Origin: Tagaea sp.
GTDB lineage: Bacteria; Pseudomonadota; Alphaproteobacteria; CACIAM-22H2
Assembly (NCBI GenBank): GCA_044356395.1
Contig: JBIKWI010000004.1
Span: 1-59,357 of the forward strand
Length of the DNA: 59,357 nt
Reading direction: 5' to 3'
Below are positions 54,177 through 59,357 of this stretch, piece after piece. Under the pieces are notes generated by a model that saw only the letters and a list, made by a program, of their open reading frames with translations, was not told where the DNA came from and ran no database searches. How positions within the stretch are numbered: position 1 is the stretch's first letter; each line of letters starts with the position of its first letter. The position numbers and the translations under genes were made by a program.

Positions 54177-55024
54177 GCGACCTGACCGACAGCCCCGGAC
54201 GGCGGGCGGTCCGCCGCCTGATGCGCCGGCCGGCTGCGGTGTTCGGCCTTGCGGTCGTGCTCGCGTTCGTCGCGATCGCGGTGCTGGCACCCTTTCTTGC
54301 ACCCTTCGATCCGATCGCGACGGACTGGGGGGCGATCCGCAAGCCGCCCGGGGCACTCCACTGGTTCGGCACCGACGAGAACGGGCGCGACCTTGCCTCG
54401 CGCATCGCGTTCGGCGCGCGCGCCTCGCTGCTGGCCGGCGTGGTGTCGGTGTCGATCTCGATCGCGGTGGGACTGCCGCTCGGCCTGCTTGCGGGCTATG
54501 TCGGCGGCTGGGTCGACATGATCATCAGCCGCGTGACCGACGCGATGCTCGCCTGCCCGTTCCTGATCCTGGCGATCGCCCTCGCCGCGTTTCTGGGGCC
54601 CAGCCTTTCGAACGCGATGATCGCCATCGGCATCTCGGCCACGCCCGCCTTCATCCGGCTCACGCGCGGGGCCACGCTCAACGCCGCGGTCGAAGACTAT
54701 GTCGAGGCGGCGCGCGCGGTGGGAAATCCCAAATGGCGCATCGCGGTGCGCCACCTGCTGCCCAATATCCTGCCGCCGATCATGGTGCAGGCCACGCTCG
54801 CCATCGCGGCGGCGATCATCGCGGAGGCGAGCCTGTCGTTCCTGGGCCTGGGCCAGCAGCCGCCGGCCCCCAGCTGGGGATCGATGCTGAACACGGCCCA
54901 GCGGTTCATCGCCCAGGCGCCGTGGATGGCGGTGTTTCCGGGCATGGCGATCTTCCTCGTGGTGCTCGCCTTCAACCTGCTGGGCGACGGCCTGCGCGAC
55001 GCGCTCGACCCGCGCCACCGCTAG
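54173..55024 (+). CDS. ABC transporter permease (DppC-like)
   Basis: HWFGTDENGRD, YVEAARAVG, EASLSFLGLG and GDGLRDALDP. Confidence 0.9.
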   Translation: MSDLTDSPGRRAVRRLMRRPAAVFGLAVVLAFVAIAVLAPFLAPFDPIATDWGAIRKPPGALHWFGTDENGRDLASRIAFGARASLLAGVVSVSISIAVGLPLGLLAGYVGGWVDMIISRVTDAMLACPFLILAIALAAFLGPSLSNAMIAIGISATPAFIRLTRGATLNAAVEDYVEAARAVGNPKWRIAVRHLLPNILPPIMVQATLAIAAAIIAEASLSFLGLGQQPPAPSWGSMLNTAQRFIAQAPWMAVFPGMAIFLVVLAFNLLGDGLRDALDPRHR

Positions 55025-55113
55025 AAATTCTAACGACCGGCACCAGAATTCCTCGATTGCCGCGCGAGGTGGCGGCGACCATGTTCTTGCCGTCGGACGC
55101 GCGAAGCGTCTGG

Positions 55114-55167
55114 CCGCGGCGATTTGATCGAGCAGCTTGCGCCCGCGTCACAAAGCGCTAAAGCGCC
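55114..55167 (+). ncRNA. SAM-II (SAM-alpha) riboswitch
   Basis: ccgcggcGATTTgatcgagcagcTTGCgcccgcgtcacaaagcGCTAAAg: P1 cgcgg/ccgcg, the conserved GAUUU, UUGC and GCUAAA blocks, and pseudoknot pairing of UUU with AAA. Located about 40 nt before an SD and ATG. Confidence 0.8.
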
Positions 55168-55203
55168 ACGGCGGTTGTCGTGGGCTCAAGGATGGAGACC
55201 GAC

Positions 55204-55389
55204 ATGCCGACGAACGACGCCTACGTAATCGAGATCGACGGCGATGCCGCGGGCCTCGCCCTTGGCGAACGCGGCGGCTACCGCTTCGCCGCGACGACCA
55301 CCGCCTACTGGAAGCTGGACGGGCAGCGCTTCCGCGACGTGCGCCAGGCCGAGCGCGCGGCACGTACCCTCAAGGAGCAGACGCGATGA
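55204..55389 (+). CDS. Small hypothetical protein (61 aa)
   Basis: GGAGA SD. The pattern YVIEI…AAGL…GGYRF…LDGQRF…AERAA looks like a folded alphaproteobacterial mini-protein. Its stop overlaps the next ATG. Confidence 0.7.
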   Translation: MPTNDAYVIEIDGDAAGLALGERGGYRFAATTTAYWKLDGQRFRDVRQAERAARTLKEQTR

Positions 55390-56354
55390 GCCAGGTCCAC
55401 GTGATCCACGAGAACGATGCCTGGGTCGAGCCGCTGCGCGCGGCGTTCGACAGCCGCGGCACGCCGTTCGCCGAATGGTTCCTCGACGAGGGCGCCATCG
55501 ACCTGCGCGCCGAACCGCCCGAGGGCGTCTTCTACAACCGCATGAGCGCCTCCTCGCACACGCGCGACCATCGCTATGCGGCCGAGTACACGGGCCACGT
55601 GCTGGAATGGCTCAGCCGGCACGGGCGCACGGTCGTCAACGGCCGGCGTGCGCTGGCGCTGGAGATCAGCAAGGTGGCACAGTACCAGGCGCTCGCCGCG
55701 CACGACATCGCCGTCCCCGACACGATCGCGGCCATCGGCCGGCGGCAGATCGCCAATGCTGCCGAAACGCTGGGCTATCCGCTGATCGTCAAGCACAACC
55801 GGGCCGGCAAGGGGCTTGGCGTGAAGCTGATCCTGAGCGAAGCGGCCTTGAAGGAGTATCTCGCCGACGACGAAGCCATCGGGCCCGTCGACGGCACGTG
55901 GCTGGTGCAGCGCTATGTCGCGGCACCCGAGCCGTTCATCACGCGCGTCGAGTTCGTCGGCGGCAAGTTCCTCTATGCCGTGCGCGTCGACACGTCGGCG
56001 GGCTTCGAGCTGTGCCCGGCCGACCAGTGCCAGATCGATCCCGCCGAAGTGTGCCCGGCGGTGGCGCCGGGTGCCCGCTTCCGCATCGTCGAGAATTTCC
56101 GGCATCCGCTGGTGAAGCGCTATGAGCGCTTCCTCGCCGCCAACGACATCGGCATCGCGGGCATCGAGTTCATCGTCGACCGCGAAGGCAATGCGTTCAC
56201 GTACGACGTCAACACCAACACCAATTACAATCCGGAGGCCGAGGCGCTTGCCGGATTGTCGGGCATGGGGGCCATCGCGGACTACCTCGCCGGGCGGCTC
56301 GACCGGGTTGACCCGAGCCCGCTCTGGCTGTCGGCGATCGGGGCGCCGCACTAG
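55386..56354 (+). CDS. ATP-grasp ligase, RimK/alpha-L-glutamate ligase-like
   Basis: NRMSASSHTR, LEISKVAQY, KHNRAGKGLGV, LVQRYV, TRVEFVGG, GIEF and YDVNTNTNYN. Confidence 0.85.
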   Translation: MSQVHVIHENDAWVEPLRAAFDSRGTPFAEWFLDEGAIDLRAEPPEGVFYNRMSASSHTRDHRYAAEYTGHVLEWLSRHGRTVVNGRRALALEISKVAQYQALAAHDIAVPDTIAAIGRRQIANAAETLGYPLIVKHNRAGKGLGVKLILSEAALKEYLADDEAIGPVDGTWLVQRYVAAPEPFITRVEFVGGKFLYAVRVDTSAGFELCPADQCQIDPAEVCPAVAPGARFRIVENFRHPLVKRYERFLAANDIGIAGIEFIVDREGNAFTYDVNTNTNYNPEAEALAGLSGMGAIADYLAGRLDRVDPSPLWLSAIGAPH

Positions 56355-56359
56355 GGACA

Positions 56360-56413
56360 ACAATAGGTTACAATACGTTACGGTAGCCTATTTAACCTCT
56401 TGATGTACATCAC
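56360..56413. promoter_or_regulatory. Regulatory sites in an AT-rich intergenic region: 10-bp tandem repeat and FNR/FixK-like box
   Basis: ACAATAGGTT-ACAATACGTT-AC at 56360-56381, and TTGAT-GTAC-ATCAC at 56400-56413 (one mismatch to TTGAT-N4-ATCAA). Confidence 0.5.
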
Positions 56414-56563
56414 TTGTTACTGCAACGCGCGCGGTGTAACCAAAACCCAGAAACAAGACGACATCCCTATACTCGGAATATTAATCTAGCATCTGGCGAT
56501 ATAAAATCAAGCCCCGGAAGGTGCTACAATTCTGTCCGGGATTCTCCGGGGGAGCCAGTCCAG

Positions 56564-59357
56564 ATGTACGAATTCCGAAGCACCGCATGCGTGCTCGCGC
56601 TCTTTGCGCTGTGGGGCTGCCAGCCCGACGGCAAGCCGGCAGTCAGCCTGCAACAGGCCCGCCAGATCACGGCCGAGTTCCAGGGCCAGGGCTTCCGCCC
56701 GCCGCCGCGTACGATCTCCGACATCGCCGCGATCCTCGACCAGCAGCGGCCCGATCCCGCGAAGGTCGCCGCACTCGTCGCGAAAGCCGATGCGCCCGTC
56801 CCGCCCGACATCAAGGGTGCGGCACTTGCCGCTTTCCTGTTCGAGCGCGGCAATGCCGCCGATTCCCTGGGGCGCAGCGTCCAGCGCGTTGCCGACTACA
56901 AGGCCGCCTACGAGACCGCGAGCGCGCAGGGCAGCGGGACGCCGCCCGTCCAGCAGCTGCGCTTCCTCCAGCAGTGGGCGCTGTCCGAACAGGTTTCGGG
57001 CAACTCGCGCAAGGCCGTCGAGCTCAACAGACTGCGGGTCGAGCTGGCGCCGAGTACCGGCATGCGCAATGCCGCGCGGCAGAATCTGATCACGTCCTCC
57101 CTGAACATCGGCGACATCGCCACGGCACGGGCCGAGCTCCCCAAGATGGAATCGGCGGTGAACGAACTGCGGAACGCACCGCGGATACCGCAATGGGTCG
57201 TCTGGAACGCCGAGACCCTGGCGGCGCGTGCCGCCGGAAATCTCGCGATCGATCTCGGCCAGTACGCGCAGGCGGAGCGCCATCTGCGCGCCGCGCTGAC
57301 CGCCAACGAGCGGATCGTGCGCGAAGAAGCGAGCATCGTCGGCCAGACAGGCGAACCGCCGCGCATCTACACGAGCCTGCGCTACTTCATTCGGAACGAT
57401 CTGGCGCGGGCGCTGCTGCGCCAGGGCCGGCTGCTCGAAGCGGAAGTCGAGATGCGCGAAGTCCTGCTCGGCCGCCTGTCGCTGGTGGGGCGCTACGCGC
57501 CCGAAACCGTCATCGTCGTCGCGGGCCTCGCCGAAGTGCTTCTCGAACAGGGGCGCTATGCGGAGTCCGAGCGCCTCGCGCGCGTCGCGGTCGAGACGCT
57601 CGATACGATGAAGATGGACCCCGAATCGAGTCTCTACGCCCGCACGCTTCGGCTGGTCGCACGCTCGCAGAGCCAGGCCGGCGAGTGGCAGGCCGCTGCG
57701 GCGACCTACGAAGACCTTCGCAAGCGCCTTGCCCGCAATCCCGACGCACTGCGGATGACCTTCGACGCCAACCCGAACTGGGGCATGGTTTCGCTGCGAG
57801 CGGGCAACGCCGGGGAAGCGCGCCGCGTGATGGCCAACGTTGTCGCGCGGAACATGCAGAATTTCGGCGAGCGCCACTGGGATACGGCGATGAGTCGCGG
57901 CATGCTTGGAGCCGCGAAGCTGCGGCTGGACGACGTACCGGGCGCGCTCGCGGACTTCGATGGCGCCCTTCCGATCCTGCTGCAGCGTTCGCGCCAGACA
58001 GAAGACGAGGAAGGCGGCTCAGCCGCACGCGACGGCCAGCTGCGCGCCGTCATCGAGGCCGCGATGCGTGCGCTTGCGGCATCCGGTCGTCCGGGCGCCG
58101 CGGAGGAATCGTTCCGCCTCGCCGATGCGATCAGGGGGCAGGGCGTGCAGCGCGCGCTCGCCCAGAGCTCGGCGCGCGCGGCGGCGTCCGATCCGGCGCT
58201 GGCCGAACTCGTGCGCAACGAGCAGGACACGCAGAAGCAGGTCGGCGCGCTGCAGGGGCTGCTGACCAACGTGCTGGCTGCGGCCGAGCGCGACGAGAAC
58301 GCCGTCCGGACGCTGCGCACGCAGGTCGATTCGCTGCGCTCGGCACGCGCGGCGATCCGCCAGGAGATCGAGCGGCGCTTCCCGGATTACGTGAACCTGA
58401 TCGACCCGCGCCCGGCGACGGTGGAGCAGGCGCGCACGGCCCTGCGGCCCGGCGAGGCGCTGATCGCGACCTATGTCGGGACGGAGCAGAGCTTCGTGTG
58501 GGCGGTCCCGCACACCGGAACCCCCGCCTTCGCGGCCGTGCCGAAGGGCCGCAAGGCAATGGCCGAAACGGTCGCCACCTTGCGCAAGTCGCTAGACCCC
58601 AATGCGGCGACGCTGGGCGACATCCCGGCTTTCGACGTGGCGACGTCGAACGCGCTCTACAACGACCTGCTGAAGCCGGTCGAAGCGGGCTTCGCCAACG
58701 CCACCTCGCTGCTGGTGGTGCCGCACGACGTGCTGGGCCAGCTGCCCTTCGCGGTGCTGGTGACCGAGCCTGCGCAGCTTACCGCCGAGCGCGAGGGCGA
58801 AGCGCTGTTCTCGGCCTACAGGAAGGTGCCGTTCCTGATCCGCAAGGCAGGCATCACCCAGCTTCCGTCGGTCGCCTCGCTCGGCACGCTGCGCAGCCTG
58901 CCGCCGGCCCCGGCCAACCGCCGGACGTTCGTCGGCTTCGGCGATCCATGGTTCAGCGCCGAGCAGATGGCCGAGGCCAAGGCCGAAGCGGCCACCCAGG
59001 TCGCGGCACTGACCACGCGCGGGCTGCAGACGCGCGGCGTGAAGCTCGTGCGCCGCTCGGCCCCCGCCACTTCGACCGTCGACAGCGCCGAGCTTGCCAT
59101 GCTGCCGCGCCTGCCCGACACGTCGGACGAGGTGAAGGGGATCGCACTTGCACTGAACGCCGACGCCTCGGACGTGTTCCTGGGGGCGGCCGCCAACGAG
59201 CGCAACGTGAAGACGATGGACCTGTCCAACCGGCGCGTCGTGATGTTCGCTACGCACGGGCTGATACCGGGCGATCTCAACGGCCTCACGCAGCCCGCAC
59301 TCGCCCTCTCGGCACCCAACGTCGCGGACATCGACGGCGACGGGCTCCTGACGCTCG
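56564..59357 (+). CDS. Large TPR plus CHAT (caspase-like) domain lipoprotein, 3'-truncated by window edge (>930 aa)
   Basis: GGGGGAG SD then MYEFRSTACVLALFALWGC (lipobox). TPR-like segments (LGQYAQAERHLRAAL, QGRYAESERL). CHAT motifs LLVVPHDVLGQLPF, FVGFGDP, LPRLPDTSDEV and FATHGL are in the same frame as the ATG. Not in the ORF track because there is no stop. Confidence 0.85.
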   Translation, partial: MYEFRSTACVLALFALWGCQPDGKPAVSLQQARQITAEFQGQGFRPPPRTISDIAAILDQQRPDPAKVAALVAKADAPVPPDIKGAALAAFLFERGNAADSLGRSVQRVADYKAAYETASAQGSGTPPVQQLRFLQQWALSEQVSGNSRKAVELNRLRVELAPSTGMRNAARQNLITSSLNIGDIATARAELPKMESAVNELRNAPRIPQWVVWNAETLAARAAGNLAIDLGQYAQAERHLRAALTANERIVREEASIVGQTGEPPRIYTSLRYFIRNDLARALLRQGRLLEAEVEMREVLLGRLSLVGRYAPETVIVVAGLAEVLLEQGRYAESERLARVAVETLDTMKMDPESSLYARTLRLVARSQSQAGEWQAAAATYEDLRKRLARNPDALRMTFDANPNWGMVSLRAGNAGEARRVMANVVARNMQNFGERHWDTAMSRGMLGAAKLRLDDVPGALADFDGALPILLQRSRQTEDEEGGSAARDGQLRAVIEAAMRALAASGRPGAAEESFRLADAIRGQGVQRALAQSSARAAASDPALAELVRNEQDTQKQVGALQGLLTNVLAAAERDENAVRTLRTQVDSLRSARAAIRQEIERRFPDYVNLIDPRPATVEQARTALRPGEALIATYVGTEQSFVWAVPHTGTPAFAAVPKGRKAMAETVATLRKSLDPNAATLGDIPAFDVATSNALYNDLLKPVEAGFANATSLLVVPHDVLGQLPFAVLVTEPAQLTAEREGEALFSAYRKVPFLIRKAGITQLPSVASLGTLRSLPPAPANRRTFVGFGDPWFSAEQMAEAKAEAATQVAALTTRGLQTRGVKLVRRSAPATSTVDSAELAMLPRLPDTSDEVKGIALALNADASDVFLGAAANERNVKTMDLSNRRVVMFATHGLIPGDLNGLTQPALALSAPNVADIDGDGLLTL

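Noticed and set aside
55204-55389. Small protein as a graspetide (RiPP) precursor for the ATP-grasp enzyme
   Set aside because: It lacks repeated Thr/Ser/Lys and Asp/Glu core motifs and a recognisable leader, and it looks like a folded mini-domain. Kept only as a possible partner protein.
56507-59331. Minus-strand ORFs at the right end (e.g. 56507..57877, 58592..59257)
   Set aside because: They are antisense shadows of the plus-strand TPR-CHAT gene.

Overview
High-GC alphaproteobacterial (Rhodospirillales-like) chromosomal segment, densely coding. In order it holds: a YejABEF-type peptide ABC transporter (yejA truncated by the window edge) with ghrA; a conserved hypothetical gene whose 3' end is duplicated around a one-gene, sigma-EcfG-type islet; two divergent monoheme cytochromes c; an M17 aminopeptidase and a GST; TAXI and DctPQM TRAP transport genes with a CoA-transferase/HMG-CoA-lyase-family pair; a roughly 17 kb dispersed nucleotide-sugar region (rfbF, an ArnB-like aminotransferase, a UDP-sugar dehydrogenase, a CapD-like dehydratase, rfbCABD, an HddA-like kinase, a His-type ColD-like dehydratase and a stand-alone TPP E1 alpha/beta pair); the housekeeping block rplU-rpmA-obgE-proB-proA-nadD-rsfS-rlmH; tRNA-Ser(CGA); agmatinase and a fold-III ornithine decarboxylase behind a structured speF-like leader that also contains an upstream ORF; DUF1194, Kelch and DUF1028 genes with a Dpp-type ABC transporter; a SAM-II riboswitch in front of a small protein and an ATP-grasp ligase; and an AT-rich regulatory region preceding a large lipoprotein TPR-CHAT (caspase-like) ORF that runs off the window and is absent from the ORF track. 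The best leads are the SAM-II/small protein/ATP-grasp unit, the speF-like leader with its uORF, the putative branched-chain dideoxysugar pathway, and the lipoprotein CHAT protease. No CRISPR array, integrase or transposase was seen. All calls come from motif recognition by eye; no database searches were run.
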